Source: Candidatus Hydrogenedentota bacterium
GTDB taxonomy: Bacteria; Hydrogenedentota; Hydrogenedentia; Hydrogenedentales; JAEUWI01
Assembly: GCA_030432675.1 (NCBI GenBank)
Contig: JAUIMA010000001.1
Location: 1-53,100, forward strand
Length of the DNA stretch: 53,100 nucleotides
Direction: 5' to 3'
The position numbers were made by a program, and so were the translations under genes. Below the pieces are notes generated by a model that did no database searches, was not told where the DNA came from, and saw only the letters and a list, made by a program, of their open reading frames with translations. Positions 1 to 8,911 of the stretch are shown in pieces. Every line of letters starts with the position of its first letter. The stretch's first letter is position 1.

Positions 1-1
1 C

Positions 2-154
2 GGGCCGCAAGTCTACCTCGCAAACGACGGGACATTCACGCCCGTTGGAGATTTCTTTGCCGACCACAACACACCCAAGGCCCCAAAATACCTACCCCAC
101 CGAACGTCTTCCGGGGCGAGCCTGTCCCTACTTTCTGCCGCCGACGCCCCATAG
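2..154 (+). CDS. possible 3' end of a CDS truncated by the window edge (unknown product)
   Basis: Frame 2 is open from the window edge to TAG at 152-154 (51 codons, GPQVYLANDGTFTPVGDFFADHNTPK...). It is too short for the ORF track and has no recognisable motif. Confidence 0.25.
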   Translation, partial: GPQVYLANDGTFTPVGDFFADHNTPKAPKYLPHRTSSGASLSLLSAADAP

Positions 155-224
155 AAGAGCGTGGCGCGATTGTTAAACCATCATGCTCGCTCGGGATTCC
201 GGAGCGCAGAACACTTCCTTTTTT

Positions 225-250
225 GTGCTCTTTGCGTTCTTTGTGGTTAA
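225..250. repeat. solo copy of 26-nt repeat GTGCTCTTTGCGTTCTTTGTGGTTAA
   Basis: Identical to 1820-1845. Lies 15 nt downstream of the pyrC stop (265) on the minus strand. Confidence 0.8.
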
Positions 251-264
251 AAAACGGGTCCAGC

Positions 265-1536
265 CTACCCCCGCGAATACACCGACTTTCCGTCGCAAAT
301 CGTGTGCTTCACCAGGCCCTTGAGCGTTTCGCCAATAAACGGTGAGTTCTTACTGCGGGAACCAAACTCCGACTCCTGCACTTCCCATTCTGCCTTGGGG
401 TCGAAGATGCAGATATCCGCCGCACCGCCTTCTTTGAGTTCACCCACGCCCAAATCGCACAGGCGGGACCCGGCGACCGTCATGAGCTCAATGGCCCGCT
501 CAAGGGTGATGTGTCCGGGCTCCACCAGATCCGTGATCACCCGCGCCAACGACGTTTCCAGCCCGATGATACCGAAGGGGGCGTCCGCGAATTCGACCGA
601 CTTTTCTGTCGCCGTGTGGGGCGCATGGTCGGTGGCAATGCAATCCACTGTGCCGTCTTTAATGCCTTCGATGATGCCGTCGCAATCCACTTGTTCGCGG
701 AGGGGCGGATTCATCTTGGCGTTGCTATTAAAATCGCGAACGGCCTCGTCGGTGAGGGACCAGTGGTGGGGCGCGGCCTCGCAAGTCACCTTGACGCCTT
801 TTTTCTTATAGCGCCGAATGATGTCGATGCCTTCGGCGGTGGTCACATGCTGGATGTGGATGTGGGCACCAGTGAGCCAGGCCAACCGCGTATTACGGGC
901 GATGGCGATTTCTTCACAGGCTTTCGGGATGCCGGGAATGCCGAGGGTCGTGGCGGTGTAGCCCTCATTCATGGCACCACCACCGGAAAGATCGTGGTCT
1001 TCGCAGTGGGCCATATAGGGCAGGTCCACCATCTTCGCGTATTCCAAGACCCGGCGCATGACGTTGCTGTTCGGGATGTCTTTGCCATCATCCGTCACCG
1101 CCACGGCACCCACATCTTTCAATTCGGCCATCTCAGTGATTTCTTTGCCCATCATGCCCTTGGTGGCACAGGCGGCGGGGCGAATCTTGATGCAGGCCGT
1201 TTCCCGGGCACGCCGGTTCACGAACTCGACCATACCCGCGTTGTCGATGACGGGGTTGGTGTTGGCCATGGGCACCACGGTGGTGAAGCCGCCCCGGGCC
1301 GCCGCACGACTTCCCGTTTCGATGGTCTCTTTCGACTCAAAGCCAGGCTCGCGAAAGTGGACGTGGATGTCGACCAGGCCGGGGCAAACCACGCAGCCCG
1401 TCGCGTCGATGCTTTCATCGCCGCTCAGGTCTTTCCCGATTTTGACGATGGTGTCGCCCTCGAAAAGGACATCCAGTTTTTCAGACACGCCGCTGGCGGG
1501 GTCGATTACGTGGCCATTCTTGATTACGGTGCTCAT
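265..1536 (-). CDS. pyrC: dihydroorotase
   Basis: ORF 265-1578. Likely start is ATG at 1536 (MSTVIKNGHVIDP). Metal-ligand motifs DIHVHFREPG and DHAPH are present. Length and position after pyrB fit. Confidence 0.93.
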   Translation of the reverse strand: MSTVIKNGHVIDPASGVSEKLDVLFEGDTIVKIGKDLSGDESIDATGCVVCPGLVDIHVHFREPGFESKETIETGSRAAARGGFTTVVPMANTNPVIDNAGMVEFVNRRARETACIKIRPAACATKGMMGKEITEMAELKDVGAVAVTDDGKDIPNSNVMRRVLEYAKMVDLPYMAHCEDHDLSGGGAMNEGYTATTLGIPGIPKACEEIAIARNTRLAWLTGAHIHIQHVTTAEGIDIIRRYKKKGVKVTCEAAPHHWSLTDEAVRDFNSNAKMNPPLREQVDCDGIIEGIKDGTVDCIATDHAPHTATEKSVEFADAPFGIIGLETSLARVITDLVEPGHITLERAIELMTVAGSRLCDLGVGELKEGGAADICIFDPKAEWEVQESEFGSRSKNSPFIGETLKGLVKHTICDGKSVYSRG

Positions 1537-1663
1537 TACATTTCCTTGTCGCTGCAACGCGGATGCGCTATGCATCAATACGCGCGGTCTCGGGCATACA
1601 GTTTGTTTTCTTAGTACAACGAAGGCCCTAAGCGCAAAACGAAGTTAACCTGCCCAATAATTT

Positions 1664-1845
1664 TTAAACGCAAAGAACGCATAGCGCACAGAAAATTAAT
1701 GGTTGGAGGCTTTGATTGTGTCTAATGGTCGTGCTGAGGCTATTCCGCAGAAGCGGAATGGTATGCATCACTACGGAGGACCGTAGTGACGAGTGTCTCG
1801 TTCTTATGCCAGTTTCTCTGTGCTCTTTGCGTTCTTTGTGGTTAA
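1664..1845. repeat. MITE-like unit bounded by 26-nt inverted repeats ending in TTAA
   Basis: 1664-1689 (TTAAACGCAAAGAACGCATAGCGCAC) is the reverse complement, 22/26, of 1820-1845 (GTGCTCTTTGCGTTCTTTGTGGTTAA). The interior has perfect hairpins ATTCCGC-AGAA-GCGGAAT (1742-1759) and TCACTACGG-AGGA-CCGTAGTGA (1768-1789). Confidence 0.55.
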
Positions 1846-1881
1846 GACATTCTATATAGCGCGCGCGTCCCGAAGCGCAAC

Positions 1882-2862
1882 CTATTTCTTGGCGCGTTTC
1901 CCATTGACCAGCAGGTGCATGACCGCCATTCGAATTGCCACCCCGTTACTCACCTGCTCGAGGATGACGCTCCGGGGGCCATCGGCCACGTTGGTGGAAA
2001 GTTCGATATCGCGGTTGATGGGGCCCGGGTGCATGATAATGGCTTCGGGTTTGGCATGGACCAACGCGGCGGTGTCCACCCGAAAGAGGCGGATATATTC
2101 ACGGAGGCTCGGAAACAGTCCGTCACCTTGTCGCTCCAGCTGAATACGAAGGGAATAAATGATGTCGGCCCCGTCGATGGCCTCACGGAGATTGTGGGTC
2201 ACGTCGACGCCCATGCGCTCGATGGCCGTGGGCATGAGGGTAGAAGGGCCACAGAGCGTCACATCGGCACCGAGTTTTTTCAGGCACATGATATTGCTGC
2301 GCGCCACCCGGCTGTGCTCGATATCACCAATCAGGGCCACCCGCACGCCATCCAGGCCCGCCGTGGGGTCTTCCCTCAGGGCACGAATGTGGTTCCGCAT
2401 GGTAAAGGCATCCAGCAGCGCCTGGGTCGGATGCTCGTGCCGTCCGTCGCCCGCGTTGATGATGTGGGAATCATGTCGGGCCGCCAGGATGTGGGGCGCG
2501 CCCGCCGCACCATGGCGCAGGATGATGACATCGGAATGCATGGCCTCAATATTGGCCAGCGTATCGTGGAGGGTTTCGCCCTTGACGGAAGACGAGGAAC
2601 TCGCCGCAATCGCCAGGGTATCGGCCGACAGCCGCTTGGCCGCCAATTCAAAGGAGGTGCGGGTACGCGTGCTGGGCTCGTAGAACCAGTTCACCACCAG
2701 GCGGCCCTGCAACAGGGGCACCTTCTTGATGCCGCTCTCGCGCTCAGACACCGCCACAAACTGGGGCGCCGTATCGAGGATCAGCTCGATTTCTTCCCGG
2801 CTGAGCTCCTCAATACCGAGCAGGTCTTTACGAGACCAATTTAGTTCACGGGACGTGGGCAA
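1882..2862 (-). CDS. pyrB: aspartate carbamoyltransferase catalytic subunit
   Basis: 326 aa. Carbamoyl-phosphate site STRTRTSFE, HPTQALLD and HPGP motifs. Only 6 nt after the pyrR stop. Confidence 0.95.
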   Translation of the reverse strand: MPTSRELNWSRKDLLGIEELSREEIELILDTAPQFVAVSERESGIKKVPLLQGRLVVNWFYEPSTRTRTSFELAAKRLSADTLAIAASSSSSVKGETLHDTLANIEAMHSDVIILRHGAAGAPHILAARHDSHIINAGDGRHEHPTQALLDAFTMRNHIRALREDPTAGLDGVRVALIGDIEHSRVARSNIMCLKKLGADVTLCGPSTLMPTAIERMGVDVTHNLREAIDGADIIYSLRIQLERQGDGLFPSLREYIRLFRVDTAALVHAKPEAIIMHPGPINRDIELSTNVADGPRSVILEQVSNGVAIRMAVMHLLVNGKRAKK

Positions 2863-2868
2863 CGGCGT

Positions 2869-3447
2869 TTATGCTCCTTCTTCCAGGTCGGTGCGGCGGG
2901 TCAATAACACCGCATCTTCCCCATCAATCTCATGCAAGCGGGTGGTCACCCATTCGTTCGGCGTGGTCGCCATGGAATGACCGAGGTAGTCAGCCCGGAT
3001 CGGCAATTCCCGGCCACCACGGTCCACCACACAAGCCAACTGAATACGCCGGGGACGGCCATAGTCCATGACTTCGTCCATGGCCGCGCGAATGGTGCGC
3101 CCCGCCGCGAGGACATCGTCCACCAGCAGGATGGTGCGTCCATCCACATTAAAGTCAAAGTGGGTATTGCCCTTGTCCATGGCGGAGCCAATACCCCCGC
3201 GAAAATCGTCGCGATAGAGGGTCGTCGCCAGCGAACCCACCGGCGGGGCAACGCCCGTCAGCTCTTGAATGATGTCGGCCAGTCGATCGGCCAGGGGCCG
3301 ACCCCGTCGCAGGATACCGAGAAGTGCCAGATCTTCCAGCACGTCGTTACCATGCACGATCTCACGGGCCATCCGGCGGAGGGTTTCCGCCATAGCGGCC
3401 TCGTCCATCACAATCGTGGCTTCATCGGGCGGTGTCATTTCGGTCAT
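2869..3447 (-). CDS. pyrR: bifunctional pyrimidine operon regulator / uracil phosphoribosyltransferase PyrR
   Basis: 192 aa. PRPP-binding motif ILLVDDVLAAGRTIRAA. First gene of the pyrR-pyrB-pyrC order. Confidence 0.88.
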   Translation of the reverse strand: MTEMTPPDEATIVMDEAAMAETLRRMAREIVHGNDVLEDLALLGILRRGRPLADRLADIIQELTGVAPPVGSLATTLYRDDFRGGIGSAMDKGNTHFDFNVDGRTILLVDDVLAAGRTIRAAMDEVMDYGRPRRIQLACVVDRGGRELPIRADYLGHSMATTPNEWVTTRLHEIDGEDAVLLTRRTDLEEGA

Positions 3448-3461
3448 CGCGGTGTCCAGAC

Positions 3462-3493
3462 AAAAAAATTACCCTCTCGTGGGATGGAGAAGG
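3462..3493 (-). promoter_or_regulatory. candidate PyrR-responsive attenuator / terminator hairpin in the pyrR leader
   Basis: The minus-strand RNA reads CCUUCUC-CAUCCCAC-GAGAGGG followed by UAAUUUUUUU. The U-run ends 14 nt before the pyrR ATG. UCCCACGAGAGGGU resembles the PyrR binding loop consensus (UCCAGAGAGG type, recalled from memory). Confidence 0.35.
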
Positions 3494-3662
3494 TGGGCTC
3501 GTTCATCGTGAGGGCGACCCTTATACGTGATTCGGGTGCAGCCTTATGCGTACACCACGCCGATTGTAGCAGGGTCCCGGCGTCGATGTAAACTGGTCGT
3601 TGCCACCTCGGGTGATCGGTTACCCCGGAAACAGCCATTCCCTCTTGGAGCCCTCCCCCCAT

Positions 3663-5120
3663 ATGACAACGAGGCCATCGCAAACCATGAAAAAACAACG
3701 ACTCCTCACCCTGTTGCTGTCCGCCATTGCGGTCCTTCTTGTTGCCCTTGTCGGCTATGGGCACTATCTGGGCGAAGAAACCCGTGCCCTGCGTGCGGGT
3801 CACGGCCTGCCGCCCGCTGCGGAACCCTTCGTCCGTATCCAGGAAACCCTCCAGGCCGAATCCATACCCGCGCAAGATAGGGAGAATAGGCGAGGCCCCG
3901 CAGCGCCGGATGAAGCAACCCGTGAACTCGTGGACAACGTTAAGGCGGCGGAAGCCGTACTCACCCGCGCTGACACGATGTTCAGAGAGAACACCGCCTG
4001 GAACGAAGTCTACGACGACCTCTTCAGCCGACCCCAATCGACTTGGAGCGCCGCCGATTGGGCGCGACTCAGCGACGTGTTGGCGGAGAATAGCGATGTT
4101 CTGGCGGAAGTCTACGCCCTCGCGAACGGTAACGGGCCCCTCTATCCCCTGGATTTTTCTCAAGGATACCATCTTCCCCTACCCCACCTGAGCACCGTTC
4201 GTTCTATGGCGCGCCTCCTTCAGGCCAGCGCCATCTCACGGGCCCACAGCGGCGATGAGGCCGGGGCAGCCGCCGACCTCCTCGCGGGCGTCCGCCTGTC
4301 TTCGCGGCTGGAAGAGGAACCCCTCATCATCTCCCAGCTGGTACGGGTCGCCATTGACGCCATCATGTATCAAGGCGTCATCGAATCCTTTCCTCCGGGC
4401 GAGATTCCCCCGGAACTTCTCGCCCAGCTCTCCGCACACCACGAAGCCCGCGACCTCCCGGGGTCCCTGACGGCCATGTGGCAGATGGAAGGCAACATGG
4501 GCGTGGAGTTCATGTCGGGCATCATGAACGGTGGTTGGCAATCGGGCCAGGCGCAATTGCGGGAGTTCTTTCCCCACAGCCAATTTCCCGGTGGTGATTG
4601 GGCCGCCACCATCTATGCAAGCCCCTTCGCACGACCGTGGCAACACCTCGACATGATCGCTTTCGGGCAAGCCATGAACGCCTTCGAGCCGACCCTGGCC
4701 CAGCCCTTTTATGAGGCCCGGCCCATCATCGAAGAGATACAAGGGCATATTGATAGCCTCCCCCGAACCCGGGCCGTCACGCATGGTCTGGTACCCGCCA
4801 TGATGGCCATCCATCGCAGTATGGCCCGCGCCCAAACCTACCAGCACCTCTTGTCGGTCGGAGCCGCTGTAGAGACTTACGGCAACAACAACGGCACCTA
4901 CCCACCGAGCCTCAGTGACCTGCAGGGCGATACCAGCGTCATCGATCCCCACACCGGCGCTCCCTTTCAGTACCGCACTGACGGAGACACTTTCCAGCTC
5001 TACAGCGTCGGGCCCGACCTGACCGATGACGGCGGTGAACACGACGTGGTAGACGGCGACATCGTTTGGCGCGGCACGCGGAAGTCCACGGGCACCACGG
5101 GACTCGTCGCAACACGGTAA
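3663..5120 (+). CDS. membrane-anchored protein with C-terminal T2SS-G (pseudopilin)-like domain
   Basis: ORF 3600-5120. Probable start is ATG 3663 or 3687 (MKKQRLLTLLLSAIAVLLVALVGYG, one TM). The C-terminus GTYPPSLSDLQGDTSVIDPHTGAPFQYRTDGDTFQLYSVGPDLTDDGGEHDVVDGDIVW resembles the GspG C-terminal fold. There is no G/FTLIE prepilin leader. Confidence 0.7.
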   Translation: MTTRPSQTMKKQRLLTLLLSAIAVLLVALVGYGHYLGEETRALRAGHGLPPAAEPFVRIQETLQAESIPAQDRENRRGPAAPDEATRELVDNVKAAEAVLTRADTMFRENTAWNEVYDDLFSRPQSTWSAADWARLSDVLAENSDVLAEVYALANGNGPLYPLDFSQGYHLPLPHLSTVRSMARLLQASAISRAHSGDEAGAAADLLAGVRLSSRLEEEPLIISQLVRVAIDAIMYQGVIESFPPGEIPPELLAQLSAHHEARDLPGSLTAMWQMEGNMGVEFMSGIMNGGWQSGQAQLREFFPHSQFPGGDWAATIYASPFARPWQHLDMIAFGQAMNAFEPTLAQPFYEARPIIEEIQGHIDSLPRTRAVTHGLVPAMMAIHRSMARAQTYQHLLSVGAAVETYGNNNGTYPPSLSDLQGDTSVIDPHTGAPFQYRTDGDTFQLYSVGPDLTDDGGEHDVVDGDIVWRGTRKSTGTTGLVATR

Positions 5121-5384
5121 GCCCGCGAAACTGAACTATCCCGACGAGACGGAGCGGGTGGAACACTCCCTGGTGAATTAGACCGAAGCTTTTGCTTTAC
5201 CGAATCAATTGCGTCATAATACGAGCATACTTGGTCTACAGGATTTGCGTGCTATACTCCCTGAACGGCGACTTTCCACCCCTAGAACAGGTGGAATTCG
5301 GCGGGGCCGTTTGGGCAAGAGCACCTCAAATGCGGCCTGTAGATCGACGGGTGCGGTACCATTTTCGACTGATATTACCTTCCT

Positions 5385-8300
5385 ATGAACGCTGACGCAG
5401 ACCTCCTCATCAGCCTGGCTGGAATCCACGTGGGTCTTTTTCAACCCACCAGTATTCCGGTGGGCAAACCCCATTTGATCGGCTCGTTATTGGCTGAGCG
5501 TCTCGATGAAGCGGCCTTGGCTCGGCTCCGAAAATTTACCGCCGCTCAGTTGACCGACCCGACCTCTACCCTGGAAGTCTCTCTTGCCGCCTTAATAGAC
5601 GAAATGAACGGCATGGATCTGGAAAGCTCGAACGCTGCCACCCTTCCGGGTGGCCTGCCCAGAGGGCTGGATGCGGCCTTCACGAGTGGTTCCATTTCTA
5701 CCGAAGAGCCGGGGCGTTATCGCTTCCCGAAAGAACACGCCCGGGGAGGCATGGGGCGTATTCTGGTGGTTCACGATGAATTTCTCGATCGCCGCATTGC
5801 CCTCAAGGAATTGCTGGATCAGCGTTCGGAGCATTCGGGGGACTCGACGGTAAAGGCGGCCAATCCCGGCTCCGACCCGACGTCGAAGCAGCAACGGGAT
5901 CAGTTTCTCTATGAAGCCCGCATTACGGGCTACCTGGAACATCCATCTATCGTGCCCGTCTATGAACTGGGGCAACGGACCAACGGCTCGCTCTACTACA
6001 CGATGCGGCTGGTCAAGGGGCGGAGCCTCCGAATCGCGATTAAGGAAGCGCCGACGACAGAACAACGCCTTCGGCTTCTTTCGCACTTCGTCGACTTGTG
6101 TCAGGCCATCGCCTTTGCCCACGACCGCGGGGTCTTGCACCGCGACATCAAGCCGGGAAACGTCATGGTGGGTGAGTTCGGGGAAACGGTGGTCATTGAT
6201 TGGGGCCTGGCCCGGCTGGTTCAAGAGGGAGAGACGCCCAATGACGCGTTGTTTGAACCCGATGCCACGGGCGACGCCCTGGCCATCGGCACCCCGGCCT
6301 ATATGGCGCCAGAGCAGGCAGCCGGGGACCTCCGGCGTGTAAACGCGCGCTGCGATGTCTATTCGCTGGGTGCCGTACTGTATCAGTTGCTGACCGGGCG
6401 CGCCCCCTATCACGACCGCACCTCCGCTACAGTGCTTCGCAAACTCCTGGCCGGACCGCCCCCCGCGATATCTACGGTGGCCCCTGATGTTCCCGAGCAA
6501 CTGGCGGCCATCTGTGAACGGGCCATGGCACGAAATCCGGAGGCGCGGTATAGCAGCGCGAAGGACCTGGCCGATGACATTGAGCGCTTTCGATCAGGCC
6601 ATCTCGTAGGAGCGTACAACTACAGTGTCCGTGAATTGGTTTCTTTTTTTGTGTGGCGCTTTAAGGGTCCACTCATCGTGGGTGCCTTGGGCGCAATTGG
6701 CATCGCGGCAAGCATCTTTCTGAGTTACGAACAGATACAGGCGGAGCGTGACCGGGCCATCGCGGAGTCGGAGCGTGCCGTCGCCGCTGAAAAACAAGCC
6801 CGGGACGCCCAGGACTTTGCAGAACGGGAGTTTTACTTCGCCGCCATCGCCAGTGCGCGCAAAGACATCAGCGACGGAAGGTACGACCGGGCGATGCAGC
6901 AACTGGACGCCTGTCCACCGCGCTTTCGCCATTGGGAATGGGGCTATCTGCTCTATCTGTGCAATCAGGATCAACAGACCCTGCAGGCCCACGAGCCTGA
7001 AACCATCTGGTCCCTCGAATATTTGCCGGGTGGAACCCACCTGGCCAGCGCCGGGTTCGACAATGCCGCCCGCATCTGGCCGAAACAGGGCAGTGAACCC
7101 ACGCAGACCTACACCAGCCCCCACGGCGCTGTTATCGAAATCAGCCCCCACCCCTCGGAACCGGTCATCGCCTGTGCCGAGGAAAACGGCTACCTTACTA
7201 TCTACGACTACCAGCAGGGAGTCGTGCGCTCCTCTCGGCAACTGACCGAGGAGGATGTGAATTGCATTCAGTTTCACCCAGACGGAACGCGCTACCTCAC
7301 GGGCGACGATGACGGCAAGGTGCGGCTCTGGGATTACCCCGCCCACACAGAGCGCTATGCGGTGACACTTTCGGACCCCGGGGTAGAGTGCATCGCACTC
7401 AACCGGTCGGGCACCCTCTTCGCCACCTGCGACCGAAGCACACAGATCGAAATCCGGGATACGGAAACGGGGCAGGTCCAATTGACGCTGACTGGCCACA
7501 CCGGACGCAATACAGGATTGGCCTTCAGTCCTGATGGCGCTTACTTCGCCAGCTCCAGCCGGGATGGAACGGCCCGTATTTGGGACCTGCAGACGGGGGC
7601 AACAATCCAGACCCTTGCCGGCCATATATCCGCCGTGTGGGCGGTCCGCTTTTCTCCCGACGGCACCCATCTGGCCACCTGCGGATCGGACCTGACCGTA
7701 CGGGTCTGGGACACGTCTACCTGGCAAACAACGCGCATCTATCGTGGCCATCAACGGCAAGTCGACGCCTTGGCCTTTAGTCCCGATGGGCGCACCCTCC
7801 GCTCCGGCGATGATGCCGGCACCTTGAAAGAATGGGACACGGTGTTTCCCGGACCGCACACCGATATGTGGGCACTCCGAGGGCACAGCGGCACTATCAA
7901 TCACGTGACGTACAGTCCCGATGGCACCGTGCTCGTATCTTCAGCCGGTGACTGGAAAACCAGCGACGACACCACCGCCGGGGTTTGGGATGCCGAAACG
8001 GGCACCCTGCTTAACACCCTCAGCGGCCACGGGGCATCCGTCCGTCACGCGTCTTTCCACCCCGGAGAATCCGTGCTGGCCACCGCCAGTCACGACAAGA
8101 CAGTCCGCATCTGGCAAGGCTCCGACTTTGCAAGTTCCCACGTGCTGGGCCCCTTTATCGCCGAAGTAAATGTAACGGCCTTTTCGACGGCATCCCCCGA
8201 CGTGATTGCTGTGGGCCTGCGGGATGGGCAGCTGCGCCTGGTCAACTGGCGGGATGGCACCATCCTCCATGAGTGGGCCGCCCACACGGAGGAAGTGCTT

Positions 8301-8843
8301 GCCCTCCGTTTCAGTCCCAGTGGCGCGGTACTCGTTTCGAGCAGTGCCGACGAATCGGTCCACATTTCGGACGCGACCTCTGGAGAATTGGTCCGCACCA
8401 TCGGCGACCACGCGTCCCGCGTGCCGGCGCTGGCATTTTCGCCGGATGGAAAGCTGCTGGCAACTGGTGGACACGACTGGCGCATCAACCTCTGGGAAAC
8501 GGATGGGTGGACGCAGGTGGACGCCATGGAAGGCCATACCCAGGGCATTTATACCCTCAGCTTCAGCGACGACGGTCGTCGCCTCCTCTCCTCCAGCAGT
8601 GACGGCTCTTCGATCTTGTGGGACATGGACACTCGCCGCGATGTCTTGTCTATACAGGGCCGGGTAGGTGCCCTGCGCCCCGGATCGCAGGATCTGGCCA
8701 CCGGTATGCCAGACGGCAGTATTTACCTCTGGCCTTCTCTCCCCTGGGATGCCGACGTCTATGCGGATGGCAGCGACGCCACCCTCCGGCTACGTTGTGA
8801 GGCCGAGAAGCAGCGCTTCTGGCAGGCCCGCAACCGCCACTAA
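5385..8843 (+). CDS. serine/threonine protein kinase with TM segment and C-terminal WD40 beta-propeller repeats
   Basis: 1152 aa. Hanks kinase motifs RIALKEL, HRDIKPGNVMV, DWGLA and GTPAYMAPEQ. TM segment PLIVGALGAIGIAASIFLSY. More than 12 WD40-like repeats (e.g. ARIWDLQTG, VRVWDTSTW, VRLWDYP). Confidence 0.93.
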   Translation: MNADADLLISLAGIHVGLFQPTSIPVGKPHLIGSLLAERLDEAALARLRKFTAAQLTDPTSTLEVSLAALIDEMNGMDLESSNAATLPGGLPRGLDAAFTSGSISTEEPGRYRFPKEHARGGMGRILVVHDEFLDRRIALKELLDQRSEHSGDSTVKAANPGSDPTSKQQRDQFLYEARITGYLEHPSIVPVYELGQRTNGSLYYTMRLVKGRSLRIAIKEAPTTEQRLRLLSHFVDLCQAIAFAHDRGVLHRDIKPGNVMVGEFGETVVIDWGLARLVQEGETPNDALFEPDATGDALAIGTPAYMAPEQAAGDLRRVNARCDVYSLGAVLYQLLTGRAPYHDRTSATVLRKLLAGPPPAISTVAPDVPEQLAAICERAMARNPEARYSSAKDLADDIERFRSGHLVGAYNYSVRELVSFFVWRFKGPLIVGALGAIGIAASIFLSYEQIQAERDRAIAESERAVAAEKQARDAQDFAEREFYFAAIASARKDISDGRYDRAMQQLDACPPRFRHWEWGYLLYLCNQDQQTLQAHEPETIWSLEYLPGGTHLASAGFDNAARIWPKQGSEPTQTYTSPHGAVIEISPHPSEPVIACAEENGYLTIYDYQQGVVRSSRQLTEEDVNCIQFHPDGTRYLTGDDDGKVRLWDYPAHTERYAVTLSDPGVECIALNRSGTLFATCDRSTQIEIRDTETGQVQLTLTGHTGRNTGLAFSPDGAYFASSSRDGTARIWDLQTGATIQTLAGHISAVWAVRFSPDGTHLATCGSDLTVRVWDTSTWQTTRIYRGHQRQVDALAFSPDGRTLRSGDDAGTLKEWDTVFPGPHTDMWALRGHSGTINHVTYSPDGTVLVSSAGDWKTSDDTTAGVWDAETGTLLNTLSGHGASVRHASFHPGESVLATASHDKTVRIWQGSDFASSHVLGPFIAEVNVTAFSTASPDVIAVGLRDGQLRLVNWRDGTILHEWAAHTEEVLALRFSPSGAVLVSSSADESVHISDATSGELVRTIGDHASRVPALAFSPDGKLLATGGHDWRINLWETDGWTQVDAMEGHTQGIYTLSFSDDGRRLLSSSSDGSSILWDMDTRRDVLSIQGRVGALRPGSQDLATGMPDGSIYLWPSLPWDADVYADGSDATLRLRCEAEKQRFWQARNRH

Positions 8844-8855
8844 TACCCAATAAAA

Positions 8856-8892
8856 ACGGGCAGTCCACACCCATGGGGTGCGGCCTGCCCGT
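8856..8892. terminator. bidirectional stem-loop between convergent kinase and lpdA genes
   Basis: ACGGGCAG...CTGCCCGT outer stem with an inner CCACACC/GGTGCGG pairing. Flanked by AATAAAAA upstream and TTATTATTTTTTC downstream. Confidence 0.5.
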
Positions 8893-8911
8893 AGCTTGTT
8901 GCGAGGGGTTA

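Noticed and set aside
5121-5384. Sigma70-like promoters upstream of the kinase gene (TTGCTT-17-CATAAT at 5192-5220; TTGGTC-16-TATACT at 5231-5258), and small ORFs 5192-5395 and 5214-5474.
   Set aside because: The promoter matches are weak, and the consensus for this lineage is unknown. The small ORFs have no RBS, motif or coding-like composition.
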